From the human T2T-CHM13v2.0 reference genome, Homo sapiens, in assembly GCF_009914755.1 (NCBI RefSeq), contig NC_060933.1: a stretch of DNA of 64,000 nt; one strand, 5' to 3'. Shown piece by piece: positions 1 through 11,879 of the stretch (the stretch's first letter is position 1; every line of letters begins with the position of its first letter). Made by a program: the position numbers and the translations under genes. The notes under the pieces are model-generated. The model was not told the DNA's origin. It worked only from the letters and a program-made list of their open reading frames with translations, and did not search any database.

Positions 1-1974
1 TCTCAAAGAATGAAGGATTTTGCCTTTTTTTTTGAAATCCTTGAGTTATCACTTTGGTTAAATGAATGACTAATTTTATAATGATCTGTGATTCTGTTTT
101 GTGTTATCAAGTGTTTTAAACCTTTGCTATTTGACAAATGTTTAAAACTAAATTAAAAATTATGTATTTTTCTGACCTAATTAAATTGTTAAGATATTAG
201 ATTCACTAAAGTCCAAAAATGACATAATTTTACATGAAGGATTGTCAAATATGAAATGATGTTCGGTTTTCTTTGGGCTGTATTTTTATAAATATATTAT
301 TAGTATGTGTTCCAAAATTATGGGAAGCTCCTATAATTCTGATATGACTTAGTGGACTTAGTGTACATTATCAATAATAATCATAATTCTTATGTTAAAA
401 TTATTGTGTGCCACAGAGGTAACAAATTTCCTTGTCAATTGTGCCTTTGACTATGGCTTCTCTAAAACTTATTGTCAACCACAGACAACTGTTGTGTTGT
501 CTTGGTCCTCTTTAGAAGGTGGTTTTATAATCAGCTATAAAACTCTAATGGATGCTCTTGAACGTAGGTTTCTGAAAAATGTGGAGATTGTCACATCAAA
601 ATAGAGGAAAAACTTTCAGGACTCAGGGAGAGCTAAAATGTTCATGAATATCAAGCAGAACAGGAATTAATTGCATGGACTGAAATAATCTTTTTAAGTT
701 TTTGCTTGAAACATTGCTTATCTTTTGTTTTTCTGTCTTTAAACTTTTCTTTTTAGATACTGACAGCTTTTAACAATTTTTAGTATACTCTTATGAACAA
801 AATTTGGAGTGTATTTTTTCTCTCTACCTGATTTCTCCAGAATTTGGAAACTATTTGTGAGTATTGTTAACTTACGGCAATACAGTTATTTGCATAAGTG
901 CAATAAGAATCTGTTTTCATTTGTAACAAAACACAATTGGAGAAACTGGTTATTTTACCAAGGCTTTGACTGGAATGGTGTGCTTTCCTTTAAGGAATCA
1001 AACTTAATTTATGGAGTCAATAAAAGCTTTTGGGAAAACTGGCCTCATCATTTACACAGTCCCTGTACAGGGTATTTGACCTGTGGTAAATAAAAAATGT
1101 CACTTTCTGACAGGTCCAGGAGACTCAGGTTTGTCTTGGAACCTCAAGAGGAGAAAAAATTTACCTAACTCATATATAGTTAGTGACAGAAATCCATGGC
1201 TGAGTTTGGCATTAAAAATAGTCTTATCTGAGATTTCTTCTATGGCACAAAGTTTCATCAAAGCCAATTTTATAAAGCTGATGTGAAAAATAATTATTCT
1301 TGCTGTACTTTATACAAAAAATCTGGCCAAGTTTAATAAAGAAAATTGGTCCTACCATGATTTGTCTTTAGTAAAAATGGGAAACTGGAGAGATTAAAAT
1401 TATGTTTCCAAAACTATAGTACACCTGTTGTTAGATTCTAGTCTTGCTTAATGTTTTGAATTTTTTATATAGTTTGGACTGAATTCTATTTTGTTCTTGC
1501 TTTAAGTTTCCAAAATAATATTTTCTTTTTTTCTGCTTTATTTTCTTTTTCTACCACTTTCTCCTAAGTTGAAATCACTGAAAAATAAGCTGTGCTTTCA
1601 TAAAGCCTATGAACTGAATCTAGACAACTTAAACTTCAGAAGAAAAAAACAGCAATGTATTCACATACATAAGACACTTTCATACCTGCCTACTAATGTA
1701 TGGACTTCAGAGTAATGTGGCCTACGTTAATTTTCCAGGATTTTTCTTTTTTTGTTGTTATTGTTCTTCTCCCTTCCTCCCCCTATTTTCTCTTCAGAGG
1801 ACATGAGACTTCACAAGCTGCTAAAAATGAGCTTTCCTAATAACTCGAGATCTACCTGTCTAGGAGTAAACCATCCTAGCCATGAGAGATTAGATGAAAC
1901 CTGGGACCAAAGACTCATTTTTTTCTTTTCTAAAATGCTTTCTCCAAAAGATTTTTTTTAAAAACGGGGGTAAA
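1..1974 (+). mobile_element. ERV1 non-coding internal sequence (MER4-group internal), 3' part; 5' end lies outside the window
   Basis: Resembles MER4-group internal sequence; ends in a polypurine tract (AAAAACGGGGG, ~1960-1970) directly before the LTR at 1975; no retroviral protein motifs in its ORFs. Confidence 0.75.
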
Positions 1975-2422
1975 TGTGAAAGAAAATATCTTGTTGCCCC
2001 CAAAATCACCAAGCTAAAGGGAAAAGTCAAGTTAGGAACTGCTTAGGACAAACCTGCCTCCTATTCTATTCAAAGTCATCGTTCTACTCATTGAGATAAA
2101 TACATGTCTTATTTTCTCTGTGGAAAGGCTAATCAGAAACTCAAAGGAATGCATCTGTCTATCTCTCACCTACCTATGACCTGGAATCCCCCTCCCCGCT
2201 TCGAGTCGTCCCACCTTTCCAGACCGAACCAGTGTTCATTTTACATATATTGATTGATGCCTCGTGTCTCCTTAAAATGTATAAAGCCACACTGTGCTCT
2301 AACCACCTAGGGAACATGTCATCAGGACCTCCTAAGGCTGTGTCAGTGGTGCACATCCTCAACCTTGGCATATTAAACTTTCTAAATTAACTGAGACTTG
2401 TCTCAAATTTTTTAGGTTCACA
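1975..2422 (+). mobile_element. MER4A1-type ERV1 LTR (3' LTR of the element above)
   Basis: Starts TGTGAAAGAAAATATCTTG..CCCCCAAAATCACCAAGCTAAAGGGAAAAGTCAAG and ends TTCACA (6-bp inverted termini); preceded by a PPT. Confidence 0.9.
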
Positions 2423-2879
2423 GGCAATAGTACAAATATAAAACAAAAGTGTATCAAAAAGCTACACTTGTTGTTTCTGAGATAGAGAATAGTACAATAC
2501 AGAGAGGAACACTGTGTAATGGAGTTAGATAACTCTGACATATTAAGTAGGTACTTTAACTTTCAAGCCTCCTTTTACTTATATGTAGAGATAGGAGAAA
2601 TAATAAACCTAACCTATGATACTTGTCAAGACAAAATGTTATAAAAACTAAAATATTAAGCACAGTTTCTGACACAAAGTATTCCATAAATGTTACTGTC
2701 AATATTACGTTAAAATTTGCTTGTGTAATATTTTCAGAATTAATTTTTGAATTTGTATTCATACTTCTATTCATCAAAACATCTCTTCTTCCTCTTTTTA
2801 AAACTCTAATATGTAAATTACCACTGTCATCTAATATATCCTGCTACTCATTCAAATTTCAATTATTTCATTTATTTGT

Positions 2880-4050
2880 ATGTATGTTGACTTATAGGAC
2901 TCCTATTTTGTTAAATGGGTTAAAATAATTACTGAAAGTTTTCTTTGATGCTCAAATTGTCCCAGATTTGTCCAGGGACAATGCATTCAAGTTGGTGCCA
3001 GTGTCATTTTGCCAAGTCCACATTATTCCTTCAGCACTCCTTTGATCTCTGGTACAAAAATATATCCTAGGTTCATCTTGTACTTGAGGAGAGCAAAAAT
3101 CACCTGGTGACCATTGAACAGGCCCTCTAGATTAAAAAAAAAAAAAAAAAACTCCTTATCTGAGGAATTTAGAAGGGACCAAAGGTTACCTGGTGACCAT
3201 TTAATAGGCCATTCGGAGGCAAAACTCCTTATCTGGGGAATTTTAAAGTAATTTAACTTCTCTGGTAACTAAAGTCAGCATCTTGTTCCAGGCCTATTTC
3301 AGCTTCTATAAGTAACCAGAATTTCTATACATCTCTGGAATGCATGCATATCAAAACTCATTGTGCATTCCTTGCTGACATTAAGGCACCAAAATGTCTA
3401 CAAATGTAATCATTTGTCTTGACCCAGGTGACTAATATGGCCCAAATTACCCTTAAGCTCTTGTCTTAAGGTTTATAAATGCTCTTAAGGAAAATCCACC
3501 ATCTCATGCTTAGTCCTCTCTCTAAGGCACCCCACTGTACTTTTCCACAACATGCTTTCTGATAAAACTTTCCTCTTTTAAACCTATACTCTTGTTGGTA
3601 AATTCTTCTTACCAAGCCTCAAGTCAACCACTTCCCTATGCTGGAGCTCTGACACCTCTTCCATCAGTACTTACCTTTTCAGTCATAGGAAATCAGTCAT
3701 TTCTCAGAAAAGTCCTTGTTCCTTTTAAGTCCTTGTGTTTTAGAAGTCATGATCTGGTTGTGAGATATGCTCCTTAGCACTGGAAAGTCACTGCTTCTGG
3801 GTCCTGTCAGTGGACAGAGATATACATGCATTCACAGATGTTTACATCTATATTTATTTCAATGTTTATCTATATATTTTTAAAACCACGAATTCATACA
3901 AATACCTCCAATTGCAGTCCAATATTATAATTTTTAGTCTAATTTTCTCTATTTTAATATTTGTAACATCTTGTTTTGAAAGCAATGTACTTAGATGTCA
4001 TTATCTTTAACACATTTCCTTATTCGATCAATTTCCTGGTGAATTTTCCT
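2880..4050 (-). mobile_element. Old L1 (L1MC/L1MD-like) 3' region, split by the LTR at 3085-3666
   Basis: TTTGATGCTCAAATTGTCCCAGATTTG...GTTCATCTTGTACT resumes after the LTR as GTACTTACC...GGAAATCAGTCATTTCTC; boundaries approximate. Confidence 0.65.
3085..3666 (+). mobile_element. Solo ERV1 LTR, MER84/MER83-like
   Basis: TGAGGAGAGCAAAAATCACCTGGTGACC...CCATCA with TG..CA termini; exact 5-bp TSD GTACT at 3080-3084 and 3667-3671. Confidence 0.8.
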
Positions 4051-4419
4051 TCTCTATTGCCACCAATTTCCATAAGTGCCATTATCATCCTGTATAGGCT
4101 ATGACCCACCCATACCAGGCCACCACTCATTTGGATTCTCTCCTCAGTCTGCTTGGGGTGTGACACCTATTTTGGACCATTTCCTTGCTTGCTCTGACTA
4201 AGCTAAGAAGTTCCCTGAGTTGACTCAATCATCATCCTGTTTTAGCTCTAACTCCATGTTCTCAGCTGTCATATTCCTCTTCCTCACTTCTGGCACAGAT
4301 GCCTGTCTTTATCTGCCTCGTCCAATGTCTTTAGGACTGAAATATTCGACAAGAGAAGATGAATAAATAAAAGAGAATGGAAAGAGGACAAAGAAAAAAA
4401 AATAAGTGATCACTACTAT

Positions 4420-4660
4420 ATTTTTTTTAAATGTTTGTGGGTATATAATAGGTGTATCTATTTATGAGTACATGAGATGTTTTGATACAGGCATGCAATG
4501 TGAAATAAGCACATCATGAAGAATGGGGTATCCATCTTCTCAAGCATTTATTTTTTTAGTTATAAATAATCCAATATATTATTTAAGTGATTTTAAACTA
4601 TAAATTTAAGTTATTATTAACTAGAGTCATCCCACTGTGCTATCAAATAGTAGGTCTTTC
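4420..4660 (-). mobile_element. L1MA-type 3' end fragment
   Basis: T-run then GGGTATATAATAGGTGTATCTATTTATGAGTACATGAGATGTTTTGATACAGGCATGCAATGTG, typical of an antisense L1MA 3' UTR. Confidence 0.8.
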
Positions 4661-5989
4661 TATTTTGACAATAAATAAAAAATAAAAAAATTCCAATGTA
4701 ATATATATCCGTAAGTATTATTTCCATTAACTTATTTCATCACCAAACTCTTGTTAATTATCAAAATATATGTCATCAACTACCATACATACTACACAAA
4801 ATGTAATTTTTATGTCTCAGTCTAAAACCTTAAAATGTTATGTCTCATTAACTTGATTAGTACAGCTTTGAACCTCTGTTTGAATTAAAAATTAATAAAT
4901 ACTATTTGATATTAATGACCTTTTTGAGTATGTGTGGTTTCTCAGCCTCTTAGAAAATATATTGAACTAATTCTTAGTAGAGGACAGGAAGAATGTGGTT
5001 TAGAGTATGACAAAAGTTAAGAGACATCTTAACTTGACCAAGAGACATCTTGGTCAATGCAAAATTCAGAGATTCTGTCAGACATGTCAAACACTAGGAA
5101 TAAAAGTATAGGGATCATTATTCAGAATCAATTTTAATAAGACTCCATGGTAGAATTTGGTATAGGAACTAATTACCATCCACCTAAAAAATCAAGGACA
5201 TTTCCCTTTAGCCCAAAGCACAATGGTTGAATTACTGTATTATACTGTATAAAAGGTGGCTCATTTATTTCTGCATTGACATTTATCGTGAAAACCAAAA
5301 AAAATATTTAAAAGATGTCATTGATACGATATCAATTCTTTGTAGCTGACTGTCCTAGACTATGTATATACTTTAAAGAAAAATTATTTTTGCTTCTACC
5401 TTAGCCCAAGATCTATAATTATATAAAGTCCTCAAAATACAGTTTTTTCTGTACTTTGCAACATCCACTAAAAGTTTAAAAACTCTAACTATCTGTTTCT
5501 AATTATTTAAAGTAATTTTTGCTGATAATTTACAACTTAAGTTACATAGTGCATTTTTAAGAAAGTATGCAATTAATTCTTCATATCAAATAAAATTTTA
5601 TTACAAAATAATGTGTTCTAGTAGTTTAAAGCATACAATGATGAAACAGAGGTACATCTTTTGCTAAAACATCAAAATGATCTCCTTAGTTAAAATAATT
5701 GTTGGAATACATTCACTACTTTTTCTTATGTAGTAGATATAAAATAAAAATATACAGCTTGACTACCATGACCACAGGCCAAGATTTTGAAATGTTTTAT
5801 CACTTCTAGACTGTTGGGTTAGCATCTGACTGATGGCAACCTTGAATCATATCTGTTTACTATGGTCCTTTTGTACAAATCATTTGATTGGAAAGTCTCT
5901 AGAACTGACATGCTCAATAGAAAAATTTTAAAAAGACAGAAATCAGAGCAGTATATTCTATGTTATACAATAGATATATTGAATTTATT

Positions 5990-6207
5990 CCTTCTGTAAT
6001 TAACAACAGTATATTATATTCTTGAAAACCATTAAGAGAGCAGATTTTAAGGGTTCCCACTACAAAGTATGATAGGTAATGCATATGTTAAGGATGTGAG
6101 GTAATGCACATGTTAATTTGCTTAGTGGTGCCATTACACAATGTATACATATTTCAAAGCATCATCTTGTACACAATAAATAAATATAATTTTTATTTGT
6201 CAATTAA
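5990..6207 (+). mobile_element. L1MA-type 3' end fragment
   Basis: GTGAGGTAATGCACATGTTAATTTGCTT...CACAATGTATACATATTTCAAAGCATCATCTTGTACACAATAAAT...TTTGTCAATTAA. Confidence 0.75.
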
Positions 6208-6310
6208 CAAGTAAGAGGTGCTTTTTTGTGTGTATATAGTGATCAACTGGAAGGAGGTAACATTTCCAGAGTGATGGAAATGGTCTATATCTTGATTGTA
6301 GTGGTGGTTC

Positions 6311-7149
6311 TGAAGCAGGAAATTCCCCTGACCCCTTCATGGGTGGGAACTGGAGTGCGAAGGTGCTAGCAGAGACTAACTCCACTCACGCAAACCTGCT
6401 GTGCTCAACCTCCTGTGGAAGGGAGCATGCAGGTAAGTGACCGCAGGGGCTGAGGTGAGTGCTTTTGGGCGCTGGCAGGAATGAACTCTGTAATGGCCCC
6501 ATGGCATCACCTAAGGGTGTGCCTGTGATGTCTGAAGTCCCAGAAGGAGTGTTTCAGTCAGTCCTCTTTTACCTTTGCCATCCGTGATGCCTTAAGTGTT
6601 AAAAACTTAGTGGAGGGTCAGTGTGACAACCTTTTGCACCCACACCCAAGTTTTTGTCCAGCATCCAGGAGGAATGAGTCGCCTGAACAAATTGGAGATG
6701 GTAAATGAGGAGGATTTTACTGCCAATAAAAGCGTCTCTCAGTGGGAAGGGGAGCTGAAAAGGGGACTGAGTAGGAAGGTAATCTTCCCCCAGATTCTGG
6801 CTGGGTATGGTTGAACTCCTCTCCAAAGCTATGCTGGCAAGCTGTCCTTCTGAAGTCAAGCTGCTTCTCTCCAATGTTCAACCATATTCTCTGACGTCCA
6901 GCTGCTTCTCATCTCTGCAAGTTGAGTCTGGGGTTTTTATGCGCACAGGATGGGGGGCAAGGTAGGCCATGGTTGGTTTTGGGAGAGGCAACATTTGGGC
7001 AGGCAAACAGGAATGTATGTCCTCACTTTACTCACCTCAGGAAAACAGGGATGTATGTCTCAAGCCACAGTTCCAGGCTTGAGAATGGGGCCCTCACTTG
7101 TGGACCTACTCTCTTCTGCCCAGAATTTCCCTGCCTCCTATGCCTATCA
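6311..7149 (-). mobile_element. Solo ERV1 LTR of the LTR1/LTR27/LTR28 (HUERS-P-associated) group, inserted in an L1ME 3' end fragment (~6250-7220)
   Basis: Minus strand starts TGATAGGCATAGGAGGCAGGGAAATTCTGGGCAGAAGAG and ends GGGGTCAGGGGAATTTCCTGCTTCA; 4-bp TSD GTTC/TTTC (1 mismatch). Confidence 0.8.
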
Positions 7150-7460
7150 TTTCTGTAAGTATATATTTTTATTAAAACGAATAGAATTTCTACTCTATGT
7201 AAATTTTACCTTAACTTTAAAGTCACAAAAAGCCAGAAAATGTTGTAAATGACCATCATATCCAGTATATAAACTATGTTATTAAATTCATTTTATCTCT
7301 TTAAAAATATATAATTTATATTTTCAGCAAAAAGCAATTTTACTTTCAGTGTGAAATACATATTTGTAGACTCATTTCAATTTTAATTCTAGAACCAAAT
7401 GCTAGGAAGATAACATAATAAATCCAATATCTCATTCTTCAAATAAAATATAAACTAAAT

Positions 7461-7761
7461 ATTTATTTATTTATTTATTTATTTGAGACAGGATCTCTCT
7501 CTGTCACCCAGGCTAGACTGCAGTGGTGGGATCTCAGCTCACTGCAGCCTTGACCTCCCAGTCTCATGCAATCCTCTCACCTCAGGCTCCTGAGTGCTGG
7601 GACTATAAGTGTGCACCACCACACCCAGCTAGTTTTATTTTTGTAGAGATGGGGTCTCACTATGTTTCCCAGGTTGTTCTCAAACTCCTGGGCTCAAGCA
7701 ATTCTCCCACCTCGGCCTCCCAAAGAGCTGGGATTACAGACGTGAGCCACCACTTCTGACC
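7461..7761 (-). mobile_element. AluJ with (ATTT)n tail
   Basis: Full dimeric Alu with J-type positions (GCAGCCTTGACCTCC, CTCCTGGGCTCAAGCAATTCTCCC) and heavy CpG decay. Confidence 0.92.
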
Positions 7762-7814
7762 TCAATACTTATTTTTATCATAATCAATAATCAGCAAACT
7801 TTCTTAAATTTCAG

Positions 7815-7990
7815 GTTCTGTGTGCCAGACTCTGTACCTACCTGGTACTTCACATTACTTTTTTTTTACTTTTACAATTATGTGAGGTGAATCCTTTTTA
7901 AAAAATTTTATAGAAGAGAAAACAAAGTTTCAGACTCATCGAATACTTTATGAATACAGAGCTCATAGATAATAGTGCCAGTATTGATGT
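7815..7990 (-). mobile_element. MIR fragment
   Basis: TGTGTGCCAGACTCTGT...TTTTATAGAAGAGAAAACAAAGTTTCAGA resembles the antisense MIR core. Confidence 0.5.
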
Positions 7991-8510
7991 AATATAATTA
8001 CTTCTATTGTATATCAAAGTTGTTGTATTTCCCACTACCTGTTGCCAAGTGTCTAATGACAATTTATTAATTTATTCTGAGAAATTAGTTTTATGGATCA
8101 TATATTTATGCCATATTAGCCTTTTCTTTTTCTTTCCATTTGTTTACTGCATTAAAAATGATTTTAAAAAGTGCTTAATGATCATACAATCTGAATCTAG
8201 AGTATTATCAACTTATAAGTAATTTATGTATCTTCCAGATAGCTAGGACTTGCTATGCTACCTCTTTTTCCTGACAGGGTGTAAGATACACTTGAAATAG
8301 TTAGAGGACGATTTACAATGAGTTATGTTCTGACTTGATACAGACCTTTGTATAAAACAGTAATTTTGTTATAAAATAGTCTAAAGTCAGAAGTAAAACA
8401 CAAATTGTCAAAGACTTACACTGAAGTTTTGTGATCCTCTTCGTATATGCAGGGTATCTAGCTAATTGGATCTTCCTTTGTATTTTTCAGCAAAATAATA
8501 CAAAGTAAGT

Positions 8511-8749
8511 TGTCTTAGTCAATTTGTGTGGCTACAACAAAATACTATAGACTAGGTAATTTATAAAGAGCAGAAATTTATCTCTCATAATTTTGGAGAC
8601 TGGGAAATCAAAAATTTAAGGTACCAGCAGGTTTGTTGTTTCATAAGGGTTCAGTCTGTTCTTCCGAGATGGTGCCTCAAATGCAGCATCCTCTGGAGGA
8701 AGGAACACTTTTTCTTCACATGGAAGAAGGGAAAAGGGCAAAAAGAGAA
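8511..8749 (-). mobile_element. MaLR LTR 3' half (MSTC/MSTD/MLT1A-like)
   Basis: TGTCTTAGTCAATTTGTGTGGCTACAACAAAATACTATAGACTAGGTAATTTATAAAG is the reverse complement of a MaLR LTR 3' end. Confidence 0.8.
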
Positions 8750-8925
8750 TGCTATGGCCTAAATGTGTCCCCTATAGCACATGTAATTCTCACCAGACAA
8801 CTCAATCTGCCAATGCCTTGATCTTGAATTTCCTAGCCTTCAGAACTGTGAGAAAATAGATTTCTGTTATTTGTAGATTACCAGTCTGTGGTTTTCTATC
8901 ACACAGCACAAAATGGATGCACACG
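8750..8925 (+). mobile_element. Internally deleted MaLR LTR (MSTD/MLT1A-like)
   Basis: 5' terminus TGCTATGGCCTAAATGTGTCCCC joined directly to the 3' part CTCACCAGACA..CCTTGATCTTGAATTTCCTAGCCTTCAGAACTGTGAGAAAATAGATTTCTG. Confidence 0.75.
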
Positions 8926-9357
8926 TAAGTGTTCTGTGCTTTTGCAAACTTGATTCTGGTATACACATGGAGGATATTTGATGTTGTTACTGTGTGTGAA
9001 CTATACACTATAGTAACCTTAAAGGTGCAAATTGAATATGAATAGGCTTGACAATTAAACTCAGTATTTCTCTGCAAGCTTCTGGGTATAATGACATGAG
9101 CAAGCCAGGAAGAGGTGACCAAGAACCAAATGATACTCCCAAACAAATTGTGTTAACTCACTTCTGATAAAGAAATAGATTTGAATTGACTATAATGTAA
9201 GGATAGTCGTCTTCCAATGCTAAAGTCAATAATATGTTCAAAATTATTTTGTTATATCATCATCTAACTAATAATAGTATGTTACATTATTTCTCAAGAT
9301 TGATTTTTTTTAGTGTCTTGCATGGTTCTAAGTTCATACAATGTGCTCAATAGTTGT

Positions 9358-9906
9358 TGTGATGGTTAATATTGAGTGTCAACTTGATTGGATTGCAGGA
9401 TTAAAAGTATTGTTCCTAGGTGTGTCTGCGAGGGTGTGGCCAAAGGAGATTAACATTTAATTCAGTAGACTGGGAGTAGCAGACCCACCATCAATCTGGG
9501 TGGGCACCATCTAATCAGCTGCCAATGCTGTTAGAATAAAGCAGGCAGAAGAAAGTGGTATGAGCAGACTAGCGGAGTCTTCTGGCCTTCATCTTTCTTC
9601 TGTGCTGGATGCTTCCTACCCTCACATATCAGACTCCAAGTTCTTCAGCTTTTCGACTCTTGGACTTACACCAGTGATTTGACAAGGGCTCTCTGGCCTT
9701 TGGTCACAGACTGAAAACTGCACTATTGGTTTCCCTACTTTAGAGGTTTTGAGACTCAGACTGGCTTCCTTGCTCCTCAGCTTGCAAATGACCTATTGTG
9801 GGACTTCCCCTTGAGATAATGTGAGCCGATACTCCTTAATAAACTCCCCTTTGTATACACATCTATCCTATAAGTTCTGTCTCTTTAGGGAACCCTGACT
9901 AATACA
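9358..9906 (+). mobile_element. Solo MLT2A2 (HERV-L) LTR, full length 549 bp
   Basis: TGTGATGGTTAATATTGAGTGTCAACTTGATTGGATTG...GAACCCTGACTAATACA; AATAAA at 9838-9843; 5-bp TSD GTTGT/GTTAT. Confidence 0.93.
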
Positions 9907-10049
9907 GTTATTTATCTGAAGTTTATGTATGTATGTATGTGATTTTAGGGAGCCTCCATTTAATCTGTAATAACTAACATGAATCTGGCATTATAATAAG
10001 CCAATTATGTTTTATTCTAGTTTTGCAGATTTTATTTTTAAATTTAATC

Positions 10050-11180
10050 CACAAAATATTAATACTATGATGTAGTTACAATCAAATACTTCCAAGAAAA
10101 AGAAATAAACATAAATAAGTTTTTCAAGTTTACACAGCTATAAAGTGTCAGGCCATGATTCAAACTCGGAAACTACAATGCCACAGCCTGACATCTCAGT
10201 CATTCTCCTACTTTAAGGATGAGAACCTTGCTCTCATTACAAGAGGATGACATAGAAAATTTGTCCCCCCAGGTCCTTTTAACCACACATTACACATATA
10301 ATATTTAAAGACACCATGAAAAGGGAGCAAGTAGAAGCCCATCAAAGTTATTGGCCGAGGTGGAATGGGGATTGTGGTAGTATCTGATTCATAACATTAT
10401 CATATAGTAAAAACTGTTTAATATAAATTGAATGCAGTTTAGGTGTCAGGCACTGTTTGAAGTTATTGACGTGTCTTAATTTAATATGCAAAACAACCTT
10501 ATAAAACCAGTTCCAATACACTACTTAGGTTATAGATGAGAAAGCCAACACACAAACAAATTAAGTACCATGTACATAAATAGAAAGGGATAGTGGTATG
10601 TATGCTGAGCACAATGAACTTAGTTGAAGCCTCCCTGATATTTTAGTTTGCTCTGCTTAGTTTGGAAGAAGGAGATCTCTGTTTGTGCCTTTGAGGATTT
10701 TCTCCGGAAATTAAGTCTACATGCTATTGACCATTGTCCCCTACAAGATTTCTATATATCATTAATTTTAGATTCGAGCTACAATAGTACAGGGAAGGTT
10801 GAAAACATTTACTTTTGAATCAAATAAGACTGACTTTTTTTGAAAATCTCATTTTTTTACTCTGCTTGAATAGCCTTTCAAGTGCCCTTTAGTCAGTTAG
10901 AAAGGCAAGATAAAAAGAAGGTACCAGATGATCTGGGTTTCAAATCCCTGCTCCACTTACTAATTGCATTACTTTGGGAAATTTCTTTAATACCATAGAG
11001 AGAATTAAAATCAAGCAATACCATTGTATTTGTAAAGCATAAAGAGCAGTGCCTGCCATATAGTAAGTGCCATAAAAGTTTCACTGTTATTAATCTAAGT
11101 GTACATTTTTCTCATATGCAATGGTGATAATATGTAGTATCTATCTCAAGGGTCATTATGAGACTAAATTGGATCACCTA
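10050..11180. mobile_element. Cluster of MIR fragments (minus ~10050-10210 and ~10420-10600; plus ~10920-11180)
   Basis: e.g. CTGGGTTTCAAATCCCTGCTCCACTTACTAATTG...GTAAAGCATAAAGAGCAGTGCCTGCCATATAGTAAGTGC. Confidence 0.6.
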
Positions 11181-11194
11181 ATTTGTTTTCCCGA

Positions 11195-11285
11195 TGCAGT
11201 AGCTATGAGACATGTGTGGCTATTGAGCACTTGAAATGTGACTAGTACAACTGAAGAACTAGATTTTTAAAATTGATGTAAGTAA
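11195..11285. mobile_element. MER3/MER33-like hAT DNA transposon fragment
   Basis: ACATGTGTGGCTATTGAGCACTTGAAATGTGACTAGTACAACTGAAGAACTAGATTTTTAA. Confidence 0.7.
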
Positions 11286-11879
11286 AATCATCCAAGACTT
11301 TCTCAAAAATGTGACAAGAACTCAGATTAAGCTCATCATGAATAGGAGACAGAAAAGAAAATATCATGGGGATGATTACGGAAGGCATGTAGAGGCAAGG
11401 AAGGGAAGAGTACGTTTGATGAACTCTAGGGGATGAAAACACATATAGTAAAGTGAGAACATTGAAAGATGAGTCTAGGCTGCCATCCTCAACTGTTTTG
11501 GGAATTTTTGTACAATAGTGATAATGAGCAACACAAGGCTAAAAACCATTCTTTTTATTGCACACCCAGCTTCCCTTTTGCACAAAACATATGTTTGTGA
11601 AATGCTTAGCTTGGGTTGGAGCTGTAATTGGTAGTCTTGAATTAAGGTAAAGCTAAGACTTCAAAGTGAATTTAAACCCATGGCTTTGAAAACCAGCATT
11701 ATAAGCAAACAGTTGTTGGGTTAAAATGAAAATAATTTCCCACCCCAATTTAATACTATTTTGAAAATGAACTGGCAATTTGAGAACAATTATATGTGAT
11801 ACCCTAGTGTGAAAAAAGAGATTTAATTGAAGTTAGGAATATTGTTGATCACATAATGTGAGAAGGGCACAATGACAGG

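Noticed and set aside
392-1961. Short ORFs in the MER4-group internal region
   Set aside because: No gag/pol/env motifs; this internal sequence is non-coding
8471-8510. Possible micro-exon TTTTTCAG|CAAAATAATACAAA|GTAAGT
   Set aside because: 14 nt, not frame-preserving, no partner exons visible, and the donor overlaps a probable TSD; cannot be supported without RNA data
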